Source: Acidobacteriota bacterium
GTDB lineage: Bacteria; Acidobacteriota; Thermoanaerobaculia; Multivoradales; Multivoraceae
DNA: 53,986 nt
Assembly: GCA_026708285.1 (NCBI GenBank)
Contig: JAPOVF010000073.1
Span: 16,063-70,048, forward strand
Reading direction: 5' to 3'
Shown piece after piece: positions 26,276 to 36,065 of this stretch; the first letter of the stretch is position 1, and every line of letters starts with the position of its first letter. The position numbers and the translations under genes were made by a program. The notes beneath the pieces are model-generated. The model had not been told where the DNA came from and searched no databases. It saw only the letters and a list, made by a program, of their open reading frames with translations.

Positions 26276-28591
26276 GTGAGGTCCACAGCGCTCAACCGGG
26301 ATCGGGGTCCCGGCACGCCAGGTTCGGCGCCCGATGCGGCCACGCGAGTGGTCCTCGTGGGCGCCGGCCATACCCACGTCCAGTTGCTGCGACACTGGAT
26401 CATGGAGCCCAATCCGGCCATCGACGCCACTCTGGTCGTCGACACGCCGATCGCCGTCTACTCCGGGATGGCGCCGGGGCTGGTAGCCGGCCAGTACGAG
26501 CGTCACGAACTGGAGATCGACGCCGTGCCGCTGGCGCGCAGGGCCGGCGTACGAGTGATTCTGGCCCCATGCACCGGGGTCGAAGCGGCCGCCCGCCGGT
26601 TGCTGATCGAGGGCCGCGAAGCGCTCGCCTTCGACCTGGCTTCCTTCGACGTGGGCTCCACGGTGGCCGCCCTCGACCTTCCCGGCGTGCGCGAGCATGC
26701 GGTTCCGACCCGCCCGATCAACCGCCTGGCGGCGGTGGTCGAGGGTCGCGTGGAGTCCCTGAAGAGCCGCCGCCCGAAGGTCGTCGTGGTCGGCAGCGGC
26801 GCCGGCGGGATCGAGTTGGCCTTCTGCATCGACGCTCGACTCAGAAGCCGCGGACTCGAACCGAAGACGACGATCGTCGAGGCGGGCGACGGCATTCTTC
26901 CTGGCTATCACCCGTCTCTCTCCAGCCGGATCGAAGCCGCGGCTCGCAGGCGCGGCATCGACACGATCCTGGGCGCCAAGGTCGTCACGGTCGAAGCGGA
27001 CTCGGTCCGTCTCGACGACGGTGACCGTCTCGACGCCGACCTGACGTTCTGGGTCACTGGCGCCGCCGCGTTGCCGATTCTCAGCGACTCGGACCTGCCG
27101 CTCGACGATGGCGGCTACGTCCGCACTCGATCGACCCTGCAGGTCGAGGGGCACGACCACATCTTCGCGGTCGGCGACTGCGCGACTCTGACCGAGCACC
27201 CGCGGCGGGCCCGCGCCGGGGTCTACGCGGTGCGCATGGGGCCCTACCTCATCGACAACCTCGATCGCCTGCTGGCCGGGCGACGGCTCCGTCGGTACAG
27301 GCCGCAGAGCGACTTTCTGTCTCTCCTCAACCTCGGCGACGGGACCGCCGTCGGCGCCAAGTGGGGACACGCCTTCGAGGGCAGGTGGGTCATGCGGTTG
27401 AAGGATCGGATCGACCGCCAGTTCATGGAGCGCTTCCAGGCGCTCGATGAAGACGGCGTACCCCGTCCCTGGTTCGCCGGAATGGGCCACGCGAACGGCA
27501 GCGACGATGCCGCCGGCGGGATGGACCACGCGAGCGCAGCCGCTGCGGAACCCATGTTCTGCGGTGGCTGCGCCGCCAAGGTCGGGCCGGATCGCCTGCA
27601 GCGAGCGCTCGCGCGGGCGGATCTTCACGCGAAGACCGGCCAGAACTCCGAGGTCATCCTCGATGTGGGGACTCCCGACGACGCCGTGGCCTACCGGACG
27701 CCGGCGGGCGACCGGGTCGTCGCCTCGCTCGACGCGTTCCCGGCCTTTACCGACGACCCATGGCTCGTGGGGCGGGTCGCGGCGGTCAACGCCTGCTCCG
27801 ATCTCTACGCCACCGGCGTCGCGCCCAGGGTCGCCCAGGCCCTGGTCACCCTGCCCCATGCCGCGGAGGGCGATGCCGCGGAAGAGCTGCTGATCCAGGT
27901 TCTCGGCGGCGCCCGCACGGCACTGGACGCCGAGAACGTGCTTCTGCTCGGCGGCCACACGAACACCGGCCCGGAACTCGTCGTCGGCTTCCACGTCGAA
28001 GGAGTCGCGGGCTATGGCCGCGAGCTGCTGCTCAAGGCCGCGGTCGAGCCGGGTGACGCGCTGGTGCTGACCAAGCCGCTCGGCTGCGGCGTCCTGCTCG
28101 CCGCCGACCGGATGGGCCTGTGTCCGGGTCGCTGGCTCCGCGCCGCCTTCGCCTCGATGCAGGTCAGCAACCGCGGTGCGCTCGAGGCCGCCCGGCGCGC
28201 CGGGGCCCGGGCCGCAACCGACCTCAGCGGCTTCGGTCTGGCCGGCCACGTCGGCGAGATGGCCCAAGCCAGTGGCGTCGACATCGAGGTCGACACAGGC
28301 ACCGTCCCCGCCCTACCGGGCGCCCTGGAGCTCCTCGAGCGCGGCGAGAGGAGCACCAGCCACGAACAGAACACCCGCCTGCCGTTGACGGTCAGTCGCC
28401 AGGCCCCCGCCGGACCGCGGCTGGAGCTGGCCTTCGACCCCCAGACCGCGGGCGGGCTGGTGCTGGCGGTCGAACCCGAGCGGAGCGGCCGCCTGGTCGA
28501 TGATCTCCGCTCCCAGGGACTCGATGCGGCCTGCGTCATCGCACAGGCCCTGACGCCGCGCTCCGAGCGGCCGCAGTTGATCCTCCGCTAA
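26276..28591 (+). CDS. selD: FAD/NAD oxidoreductase-selenophosphate synthetase fusion
   Basis: N-terminal LVGAGHTH, YSGMAPG, VVGSGAGG, FAVGD; C-terminal CGGCAAK, DDA, GGHT, TKPLG, TDLSGFGL, DPQTAGGL. Confidence 0.9.
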   Translation: MRSTALNRDRGPGTPGSAPDAATRVVLVGAGHTHVQLLRHWIMEPNPAIDATLVVDTPIAVYSGMAPGLVAGQYERHELEIDAVPLARRAGVRVILAPCTGVEAAARRLLIEGREALAFDLASFDVGSTVAALDLPGVREHAVPTRPINRLAAVVEGRVESLKSRRPKVVVVGSGAGGIELAFCIDARLRSRGLEPKTTIVEAGDGILPGYHPSLSSRIEAAARRRGIDTILGAKVVTVEADSVRLDDGDRLDADLTFWVTGAAALPILSDSDLPLDDGGYVRTRSTLQVEGHDHIFAVGDCATLTEHPRRARAGVYAVRMGPYLIDNLDRLLAGRRLRRYRPQSDFLSLLNLGDGTAVGAKWGHAFEGRWVMRLKDRIDRQFMERFQALDEDGVPRPWFAGMGHANGSDDAAGGMDHASAAAAEPMFCGGCAAKVGPDRLQRALARADLHAKTGQNSEVILDVGTPDDAVAYRTPAGDRVVASLDAFPAFTDDPWLVGRVAAVNACSDLYATGVAPRVAQALVTLPHAAEGDAAEELLIQVLGGARTALDAENVLLLGGHTNTGPELVVGFHVEGVAGYGRELLLKAAVEPGDALVLTKPLGCGVLLAADRMGLCPGRWLRAAFASMQVSNRGALEAARRAGARAATDLSGFGLAGHVGEMAQASGVDIEVDTGTVPALPGALELLERGERSTSHEQNTRLPLTVSRQAPAGPRLELAFDPQTAGGLVLAVEPERSGRLVDDLRSQGLDAACVIAQALTPRSERPQLILR

Positions 28592-28648
28592 AGAGTCGCG
28601 TCACGCCTCGGACGAAAATCGGGCGTAAGTCGTGCTACGATCAACCGC

Positions 28649-29737
28649 ATGCCCTCACCCGGTTCCGTACGCGGCCGCGGCGCCGCCGCCAACCCGAGGA
28701 ACCGGTTCGAACGCATCGACATCGACTTCGAGCCCGGCGAAAGCACCGCCGAACGCGGCGACTCACCGCCGACGGAGCTCTTCCGCGACGATTCGAAGAC
28801 GATCCTGTCGCGCAACGACTCACCCGACATCGGCTTCCAGTACAGCCTCAACCCCTATCGCGGCTGCGAACACGGCTGCATCTACTGCTATGCCCGGCCC
28901 ACCCACGAGTATCTCGGCTTCTCCGCCGGGCTCGACTTCGAGAGCCGGATCCTGGTCAAGGAAAGGGCGCCCGAACTGCTGCGCGAGGCTCTCCTGAATC
29001 CCCGCTGGACACCCCAAGTCATCATGCTCTCCGGCGTCACCGACCCCTATCAGCCGATCGAGCGGCGACTTCGCGTCACGCGCCGCTGCCTGGAGGTCCT
29101 GGTCGAGTTCCGCAACCCGGTGGCGATCGTGACGAAGAACCACCTGGTGACGCGCGATCTCGACCTCCTCCTCGAACTGAACCGGTTCCAGGCCTGCGGC
29201 GTCTACCTGTCGATCACGTCGGTGTCCCCGTCGCTTTCTGCTCGCATGGAGCCGAGGGCCTCGAGCCCAAGGCGGCGCCTGGACGCGGTACGCCAACTGA
29301 GCGAAGCCGGCATTCCCTGCGGCGTGATGGCGGCGCCCATCATCCCGGGCCTGAACGACGATCAGATTCCCGCCATCCTGGAAGCCGCGGCCGAGGCCGG
29401 AGCGCGGCGCGCGGGCTACATCCTGGTCCGGCTGCCGCACGGGCTTCGCGGACTCTTCGCCGACTGGCTCGGCACACACTTCCCCGACCGCCGGGATCGA
29501 GTCCTGAACCGCCTCCGCGAGGCCCGCGGCGGCGATCTCAACGACCCCCGATTCCACCACCGCATGAAGGGCGGCGGCGAGTACGCCGATCAGATCGGCC
29601 GGCTGTTCGAGACCTCGCGCCGCCGCTTCGGCCTCGAAGGAGGCCGCACTGCGAGCCCGTCGGCAACCGCGTTCCGCCGACGAACCGCCCAGAGAACTCT
29701 GTTCGAGACCCCGCCTTCCCCTCAGGCACAGCCATAG
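28649..29737 (+). CDS. PA0069 family radical SAM protein (SplB-related)
   Basis: GRGAAANPRNRF, NPYRGCEHGCIYCYARP (CxxxCxxC), TDPYQP. Confidence 0.92.
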   Translation: MPSPGSVRGRGAAANPRNRFERIDIDFEPGESTAERGDSPPTELFRDDSKTILSRNDSPDIGFQYSLNPYRGCEHGCIYCYARPTHEYLGFSAGLDFESRILVKERAPELLREALLNPRWTPQVIMLSGVTDPYQPIERRLRVTRRCLEVLVEFRNPVAIVTKNHLVTRDLDLLLELNRFQACGVYLSITSVSPSLSARMEPRASSPRRRLDAVRQLSEAGIPCGVMAAPIIPGLNDDQIPAILEAAAEAGARRAGYILVRLPHGLRGLFADWLGTHFPDRRDRVLNRLREARGGDLNDPRFHHRMKGGGEYADQIGRLFETSRRRFGLEGGRTASPSATAFRRRTAQRTLFETPPSPQAQP

Positions 29738-29782
29738 CGCGGACAGGAACACGGTCCCGATTCACACTTGGGTCTGACTCGC

Positions 29783-29934
29783 TGCTACAATGCGCGTCCG
29801 CTCGACGGCGGTAGCGGGCCCCAGGAACAGTCGAAACGATAGATGCGCCGGTCGGACGCGACCTCGGCAGACTGATCGGCTCGCCGCCTCCACGCCCGTC
29901 GGTCGGCAAAGCAAACAGAGAATCGGAGAAACAG
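29783..29934 (+). promoter_or_regulatory. Extended -10 promoter and ~140-nt leader of rpsD
   Basis: TGcTACAAT at 29783-29791; stem 29847-29855/29872-29880; GGAG SD before GTG. Confidence 0.5.
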
Positions 29935-30528
29935 GTGAAGTTCAACGGGCCCAAGGTCAAGCTGTCGCGGAAGCTGGGTGTCGCCCTGACGTCCAAGGCG
30001 GCGCGCTACATGGAGAAGAAGAGCCATCCTCCAGGCATGCACGGCCTGAAGCGGCGCCGGCGCCAGAGCAACTACGGCCGGCAGTTGCTGGAGAAGCAGC
30101 GGCTGCGCTTCCAGTACAACGTCAGCGAACGCCAGCTCCGCAACTACTACAAGCGCGCGACCCGGATGAGAGGCGTGACCGGCGACAATCTCGTCGGACT
30201 GCTCGAGACGCGGCTCGACGCGATCGTCCATCGCGCCTTCGCCCCCAGCGTGTTCGCCGCTCGCCAGTTCGTCGGCCATGGTCACATCCTGGTCAACGGG
30301 CGCCGGGTGAACATCCCGTCGTTCCGGGTCAAGGAGGGCGACGTCGTCGAGGTGCGCGAGAAGAGCCGCAAGCTCCGCTGCTTCAACGAGCCGCGCGGCG
30401 TGACGGTGCCCACCTACGTCGAGACAGACGAAACGGGCTACCAGGCGACGCTCCGCAACACACCGGTTCGGGACGAGGTCCCGATCGTGTGCGAAGTGCC
30501 TCTCGTCATCGAGTACTACTCCCGCTAG
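29935..30528 (+). CDS. rpsD: 30S ribosomal protein S4
   Basis: GPKVKLSRKLG, PPGMHG, QLLEKQRLR..Y, LETRLD, ARQFVGHGHILVNG, EYYSR. Confidence 0.97.
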   Translation: MKFNGPKVKLSRKLGVALTSKAARYMEKKSHPPGMHGLKRRRRQSNYGRQLLEKQRLRFQYNVSERQLRNYYKRATRMRGVTGDNLVGLLETRLDAIVHRAFAPSVFAARQFVGHGHILVNGRRVNIPSFRVKEGDVVEVREKSRKLRCFNEPRGVTVPTYVETDETGYQATLRNTPVRDEVPIVCEVPLVIEYYSR

Positions 30529-30536
30529 CGCCTGAC

Positions 30537-31256
30537 ATGCTGCGAATCTCGATCCCGGCCGCAGTCATCCTTCTTTCCTCTCTTCTCGCCGGCGCCGTCC
30601 CGGCGGCGGGAGCCGACAACTTCAGTATCAGCGGCACGGTCACGTACGAAGGAGAGCCGCTCAAGCGCTACCCCCTGCGCATGGACGCGGACCCGAACTG
30701 CGAACAGATCTACGACGGCAAACGGGTCCTCTCGCGCGACAGCCTGATCGGAGAGGGCGGCGCGATCGAGAACGTCTTCGTCTACCTCAAGGAAGCCCCC
30801 GAGGGCACCGCCGACGACGCGCCGGCTGAAGCGGTTCGGCTGGAACAACGGGGCTGCCTCTACACACCGCGGATTCTCGGTGTGCGCGTCCAGCAGGACA
30901 TCGAGATCGTCAACGACGATCCCACACTCCACAACGTGCGGGCCCTGGCCAGAGCCAACCGGCCCTTCAACATCGGCCAGCCGGCGCGGGGCACGAGGAT
31001 CAAGTCGTTCCGGGCGGCCGAGAAACCGATCAAGGTGAAGTGCGACGTCCATCCCTGGATGGCCGCCTACGTGTTCGTCATGGAGCATTCGTTCCACTCG
31101 ACGACGGGAAGCGACGGCGCATACCGGATCGACGGTTTGCCCGCCGGTTCGCATGAACTCGTCTTCTGGCACGAGAAGCTGGGCGAGCGGGTGGTCGAGG
31201 TCGAGGTGAGCGGCGACGTGGAAGGCCTCGACCTGATCTTCAAAGGCAGCGAATAG
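30537..31256 (+). CDS. Secreted cupredoxin-like/carboxypeptidase-regulatory-like domain protein
   Basis: Signal peptide; QRGCLYTP, LHNV, KCDVHPWM (His/Cys/His/Met ligand pattern), WHEKLG. Confidence 0.7.
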   Translation: MLRISIPAAVILLSSLLAGAVPAAGADNFSISGTVTYEGEPLKRYPLRMDADPNCEQIYDGKRVLSRDSLIGEGGAIENVFVYLKEAPEGTADDAPAEAVRLEQRGCLYTPRILGVRVQQDIEIVNDDPTLHNVRALARANRPFNIGQPARGTRIKSFRAAEKPIKVKCDVHPWMAAYVFVMEHSFHSTTGSDGAYRIDGLPAGSHELVFWHEKLGERVVEVEVSGDVEGLDLIFKGSE

Positions 31257-31268
31257 GCGCCTGGGGGG

Positions 31269-31667
31269 ATGACCTACGGCGTCCGGAAGATCGCTGGCGT
31301 AGGTCCCGCCGTCGCCAAGAAACTCGCCGCCGCGGACATCCGGACCACGGACGCGCTCCTCGACGCCAGCAACGGCCGCAGAGAGCGCCGCCTCCTGTCC
31401 GAGCGCACTGGTCTGCCCGAGCGGCAGCTTCGGAGGTTCGTCAACATGGCCGATCTGATGCGCATTCGCGGCATCGGCGGAGACTTCGCCGAGCTGCTCG
31501 GCGCGTCGGGAGTGCGCACGGTGCGCGACCTGAGCCGCCGCCGCGCGTTCAATCTGGCCACCAAGATGAGCACGGTCAACGCTGCGCGGAAACTCAGCCG
31601 TCGAGCACCCTCCGCCCCCATGGTCGAACGCTGGATCGCGCAGGCCAGGGAACTGAGAGACCGCTAG
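31269..31667 (+). CDS. DUF4332 helix-hairpin-helix protein
   Basis: IAGVGP and ADLMRIRGIG HhH motifs; WIAQA C-terminus; very basic. Confidence 0.85.
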   Translation: MTYGVRKIAGVGPAVAKKLAAADIRTTDALLDASNGRRERRLLSERTGLPERQLRRFVNMADLMRIRGIGGDFAELLGASGVRTVRDLSRRRAFNLATKMSTVNAARKLSRRAPSAPMVERWIAQARELRDR

Positions 31668-32915
31668 GTGGCACACCGGCGTCCGCTCGGCATCGGTTTC
31701 GTCGGCAGCGGCTTCATCACCCGCTTCCACATCCGTTCCTGGACCGCGGTGCGGGGCGCCGACATCCGGGGCGTCTGGAGCCCCACTCGGTCGAGCGCCG
31801 AGGCGGCGGCGGCTCTCGCGAAGGAACTCGACGTCGGCGAAGCCCGGGCGTACCCGTCGATCACGGCGATGGTCGAGGACGACGCCGTGGACGCGATCTG
31901 GATCTGCGGCCGCAACGACCATCGGGTCGCGAACATGGAGGAGATCGGGGCCGCTGTACGGAGCGGCCGCGGCCGCCTGGTCGGCGTCGCCTGCGAGAAG
32001 CCCCTCGCGCGCAACGCCGCCGAGGCGCTCCGCATGGTCGAACTTGCGCGCGAGATCGAGGTCCTCGACGGCTATCTGGAGAACCAGGTCTTCAGTCCCG
32101 CCGTCGTGCGCGGCCGCGAACTCGCCTGGCAGCGCGGAGCCAGCGCCGCCGGACGGCCCTACCTGGCCCGCGCGGCCGAGGAGCACTCCGGCCCGCACAA
32201 CGCCTGGTTCTGGCGCGGCGACCTGCAGGGCGGCGGAGTGCTGAACGACATGATGTGCCACTCGGTGGAGGCGGCGCGCTTCCTGCTCACCGACCCGGAC
32301 AAGCCGAGGAGCAGTCTGACGCCGAAGCGGGTCCACGCCCAGATCCACTGTCTCAAGTGGCAGCGGCCGAAGTACGCGGACCGCTTGCGCAGGCAGTACG
32401 GCGACGCGGTCGACTACGCTCGCCGGCCGGCTGAGGACTTCGCCCGCGCCATGGTCGAGTACGAGGACGATGCCGGCACGCCCCTGGTGGTCGAGGCGAC
32501 GACCTCCTGGAGCTACGTGGGCGCCGGCCTGCGGCTGTCGATGGAGTTGCTCGGCCCCGAGTACTCCATGCGGGCGAACAGCCTCGACACGGACCTCGAA
32601 CTCTTCTTCAGCCGCGATCTTGCGCAGCAGAGCGGCGAGGACCTGGTCGAGAAACAGAACGCGGAGATGGGACTGATGCCGGTGCTGGCCAACGAGCCCG
32701 TGGCCTACGGTTACGACGCCGAGAACCGGCACATGGTCGACAGTTTCCGCCGCGGCGAGCGGCCGCGCGAGACCTTCGACGACGGCCTGGAGGTGACCCG
32801 CCTGTTGATGGCCGCCTACATGAGCGCGGAGCTGGGTCGCGCCGTCGACTATCCGCCCGAAGGTCTCGACGAGTTCGTGCCCGCGGTCGCCCGCGGCGAG
32901 TGGAACCCCGCCTGA
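31668..32915 (+). CDS. Gfo/Idh/MocA family oxidoreductase
   Basis: GFVGSGFI, CEKPLA, GGGVLNDMMCH. Confidence 0.9.
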   Translation: MAHRRPLGIGFVGSGFITRFHIRSWTAVRGADIRGVWSPTRSSAEAAAALAKELDVGEARAYPSITAMVEDDAVDAIWICGRNDHRVANMEEIGAAVRSGRGRLVGVACEKPLARNAAEALRMVELAREIEVLDGYLENQVFSPAVVRGRELAWQRGASAAGRPYLARAAEEHSGPHNAWFWRGDLQGGGVLNDMMCHSVEAARFLLTDPDKPRSSLTPKRVHAQIHCLKWQRPKYADRLRRQYGDAVDYARRPAEDFARAMVEYEDDAGTPLVVEATTSWSYVGAGLRLSMELLGPEYSMRANSLDTDLELFFSRDLAQQSGEDLVEKQNAEMGLMPVLANEPVAYGYDAENRHMVDSFRRGERPRETFDDGLEVTRLLMAAYMSAELGRAVDYPPEGLDEFVPAVARGEWNPA

Positions 32916-34124
32916 CTACTCCACCTCGTAGTAGTCGACGAAGCCGATCATCATCTCGTCCGTGGTCTCGCGGCCCCACGAGACGTTGCGGGTCGGGTCC
33001 GGGTTGCCGGGGTTGCCGCTGCTGTTGTCGTAGGTGGCCACACAGTGCAGCTTCGTGCCCGCGGGAATCGGCTTCGGCTCGGCCAGGCGGTAGGTCGTCT
33101 GCCAGTTGAAGTCGTAGCGGTCGACGCGCAGCAGGATCTCGGAGCGCCCGTCCGGGTACGCAGCCCGGAACTCGAAGGTGTCGCCACGCAGGTGCATGTG
33201 CGGCCTGAGCGAGAGCAGGCGGCTGTCCCGCGGGAGCGGAAGTTCCGCCTCGAAACGCACATCCTTCTCCCCGGCCGGGATGAACAGGAAGGGAGTCGTG
33301 CACAGAGCGGTGCGCGACTCGTAGCGGGGCGGTTCGGAAGCGAGCACGAGGCCGATCCGGCTGTGGTCGGTCTCCTCCCGGCCGGTCGGCGTGTAGTGCA
33401 TCTGGAAGTCGATCACCGCGCCGGCGGGTAGACGGCGACCCACACCCGGAGGCATGACCAGGGGGCCGGTGCCGGGCGCGTACCCGCCCAGATCGCCCGC
33501 GGTGCGCGGATCGCCGCCGGCCGGCGCCGGGGCAGCACCTGATCCCGCAAACGCCTGCACGATCACGTGATGCACGACCGCGGCGTTGCCCGGCCGCGTC
33601 TCGGCAGCCTGAATCCACACGTCGGTGGGCAACTTCGTCTCGACGCGGTAGCCGTGGTACGGGATCGTTCCCCTGGCCGGAATCGTGACCTCCTCCGGCA
33701 GCTCGTAGATCAGGTCCGGCACGCCGATCCGCCAGTCCGAGGAGGGCTCCCGGCCCGGGTTGGACAACGACGACGTTCTACCCGACCCGGAACGGCTACC
33801 GCCATCGATCCAGGCCAGCAGCTTCTCCCTCTCTGCCGCCGGCAGGCGCCGGTCGTTGCTGAACTCGCCGTAGCGCGGGTCGGCGTGCCACGGCGGCATC
33901 GCCCCCGACGCGACAGCGCGCCGGATCGAGGACGACCAGGCCCGGGCCTGCTCGAAGTTCTCGAGCGCGAACGGCGCCGGTCCACCCTCATGGTGACAAC
34001 CGGCACAGCGGAGGCGGAGCACATCCGCCACCGCATCGAAGTCGACCGCGGCCGCCGGCAGGGCGCCGGCGGCCAGCACCCATCCGACCGCCGCGATCCG
34101 CGCCGTTCTACGCCCCCCGGTCAG
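32916..34124 (-). CDS. Exported cytochrome c plus copper type II ascorbate-dependent monooxygenase-like protein
   Basis: CAGCH heme motif, MPPW, VVHH, QMHY, PHMHLRG, YDFNWQ, DEMM; start uncertain (CTG 34124 overlapping the upstream stop, or GTG 34079). Confidence 0.75.
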   Translation of the reverse strand: MTGGRRTARIAAVGWVLAAGALPAAAVDFDAVADVLRLRCAGCHHEGGPAPFALENFEQARAWSSSIRRAVASGAMPPWHADPRYGEFSNDRRLPAAEREKLLAWIDGGSRSGSGRTSSLSNPGREPSSDWRIGVPDLIYELPEEVTIPARGTIPYHGYRVETKLPTDVWIQAAETRPGNAAVVHHVIVQAFAGSGAAPAPAGGDPRTAGDLGGYAPGTGPLVMPPGVGRRLPAGAVIDFQMHYTPTGREETDHSRIGLVLASEPPRYESRTALCTTPFLFIPAGEKDVRFEAELPLPRDSRLLSLRPHMHLRGDTFEFRAAYPDGRSEILLRVDRYDFNWQTTYRLAEPKPIPAGTKLHCVATYDNSSGNPGNPDPTRNVSWGRETTDEMMIGFVDYYEVE

Positions 34125-35488
34125 GGTCCGGCCGATGCTCCCTGGTTCGTGAACCGGTAGAGCTTGCTCCGCGTCCGGATGTAGAGGCTGCCGTCGGCAA
34201 TCGCCGGCGTCGACATGCACATCTCGTCGAGCGAGTTCTTGCCCACGACCTCGAACTCGTCGCCGGCCGCGATGACGAACGTGTCGCCGTCCTCACTGAG
34301 CACGAACACCTTGCCGTTGTAGGCCCATGGCGACGCCGTGAAGGCGCCGGAACCGCGCTCGATGCGCCGCTTGCCGTAGACCTCGGCGCCGGTCTTCGGA
34401 TCGTGCGCCGTGAAGAACCCGCGGTCGAGCAGGGTATAGAACCGGTCGCGGTAGATCAGCGGCGTCGGGTTGTAGGAACCGGCCTGGGGCTGGTACCAGA
34501 CGACCCACCGGTTGCTCTGCTGGTCCTCTTCGAGGGTGATGTCCCCTTCGGCGCCCGGCTTGATCGCGTAGACCGGGCGGATCCGATCGCCGATGTAGCC
34601 CGACGACACGTAGAGCAGGCCGTACTCCGAGAAAGGCTGCGGGATCGCGATCGACGACATGCCGCCGAAGTGCCAGAGGAGGTTGCCATCCTTGTCGTAG
34701 GAGCGCACCTGGTCGGTACCTACCGTGATCACCTCGGTGCGCAGTTCGTTCTCCCACACGTAGGGCGTCGCCCAGTTGCTGCCCTCGTCACGGGGATCCC
34801 GCCAGAGCTCCTCGCCGGTCGCGGCGTCGAGCGCCACCATGTAGGACTGATCCTCGTTGTCGTTCACGATGTAGAGCTGTCCGTCGTGGACGATCGGCGA
34901 CGCCGCGGTGCCCCAGCCGTAGCGGGTCGGAACCGCCTCGAAACGGCGTTCCCAGACGGGTTCGCCGTCCAGCGTGAAGGCGAACACGCCGACGTTGCCG
35001 AAGTAGGCGTACACGCGCTCACCATCGGTCACCGGCGTCTCCGAGGCGTAGGTGTTCTTCAGATGCCGGGGGAAGTCCGGCGCCCCGGTCAGCACTTCGC
35101 GTTCCCAGCACTTCTCCCCCGTCTCGACCTCGAAGCAGTACACCGACCAGTGGTGGACGTCCGCGGAAGGCTGCATCCGGTTCCCGCCCAGGTAGAGACC
35201 CTTCTTCGGCTCCTCAACCTCGCCTTCGCTCCACACCGTGGTCACGAAGACGCGGTCGCCCAGGACGATCGGGGAGGACCAGCCGAGGCCCGGTACGTCC
35301 ACGGACCAGACCACGTTCTCCTCCGTACTCCAGGAGTCCGGCAGCCGGGGATCGTCGTCGGCGACGCTCATCGCGTCCGCGCCGCGGAAGGAGGGCCAGT
35401 TGTCCGTGGACGCCGGCGCGCCGAGGGCGGCACCGGCGAAAAGAAGGGCGGCTGCGGTCGCCGCGAACACGAGTCGAAGTGTGCGCAT
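34121..35488 (-). CDS. Secreted PQQ-binding-like beta-propeller (BamB-like) protein
   Basis: Signal peptide; NWPSFRG, GWSSP, ASETP, ASP repeats, STPAIADGSLYIRT. Confidence 0.88.
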   Translation of the reverse strand: MRTLRLVFAATAAALLFAGAALGAPASTDNWPSFRGADAMSVADDDPRLPDSWSTEENVVWSVDVPGLGWSSPIVLGDRVFVTTVWSEGEVEEPKKGLYLGGNRMQPSADVHHWSVYCFEVETGEKCWEREVLTGAPDFPRHLKNTYASETPVTDGERVYAYFGNVGVFAFTLDGEPVWERRFEAVPTRYGWGTAASPIVHDGQLYIVNDNEDQSYMVALDAATGEELWRDPRDEGSNWATPYVWENELRTEVITVGTDQVRSYDKDGNLLWHFGGMSSIAIPQPFSEYGLLYVSSGYIGDRIRPVYAIKPGAEGDITLEEDQQSNRWVVWYQPQAGSYNPTPLIYRDRFYTLLDRGFFTAHDPKTGAEVYGKRRIERGSGAFTASPWAYNGKVFVLSEDGDTFVIAAGDEFEVVGKNSLDEMCMSTPAIADGSLYIRTRSKLYRFTNQGASAGP

Positions 35489-35528
35489 GGGAATCTCCAG
35501 GTGGAGGTCGCTCGGGCTGGGAAACTGC

Positions 35529-36065
35529 TTACGAAGCCGCGCGCGAGCTTAGCACCGGCGAAAGCAGCAGCTGCCCTCCGGCCACCCGCCGTTCCAGGTC
35601 CAGCAACGCCTGCTTCGTCGGCAGACCGCCGCCGAAGCCGGTCAGTCGGCCGTCGCTGCCAATCACCCGATGGCAGGGCACGACGACCGGCAGCGGGTTG
35701 CGGCCATTCGCGGCCCCCACGGCCCTCGAAGCGGTCGGCTTGCCGATCCGCGCCGCGAGCTCGCCGTAGGAGATCGTCTCGCCGAACGGGATGCGACGCA
35801 GTTCGGCCCATACGCGGCGCTGGAACGCGGTGCCGTGGGGAGAGAGCGGCAGGTCGAAATCCCGCCGCTCGCCGGCGAAGTACTCCTCGAGCTGCCGTCT
35901 CGCTTCGCTGAGCGCTTCAGGCAGTCTGTCCTCGGCAGGCTCCCAGACCGGATCCGGTGGTTCTGCCGCCCGGTTCGGCAACTCGATGCAGTCGATCGAG
36001 TCCTCGCCGCCCACCAGACGGAGGGTGCCGATCGGCGTGTCGAAGTCGTGGTAGGTCGCTGTCAT
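35529..36065 (-). CDS. ogt: Methylated-DNA--protein-cysteine methyltransferase
   Basis: GTAFQRRVW, SYGELA, RAVGAANGRNP, PCHRV active site. Confidence 0.95.
   Translation of the reverse strand: MTATYHDFDTPIGTLRLVGGEDSIDCIELPNRAAEPPDPVWEPAEDRLPEALSEARRQLEEYFAGERRDFDLPLSPHGTAFQRRVWAELRRIPFGETISYGELAARIGKPTASRAVGAANGRNPLPVVVPCHRVIGSDGRLTGFGGGLPTKQALLDLERRVAGGQLLLSPVLSSRAAS

Noticed and set aside
27550-27585. Possible selenocysteine in SelD
   Set aside because: The motif reads TGC-GGT-GGC-TGC (Cys); no in-frame TGA
26246-28267. Long antisense or alternate-frame ORFs (also 30525-32732, 11747-13276, 34403-35911, 42472-44139)
   Set aside because: Stop-poor shadows expected in high-GC DNA; they have no motifs and overlap well-supported genes
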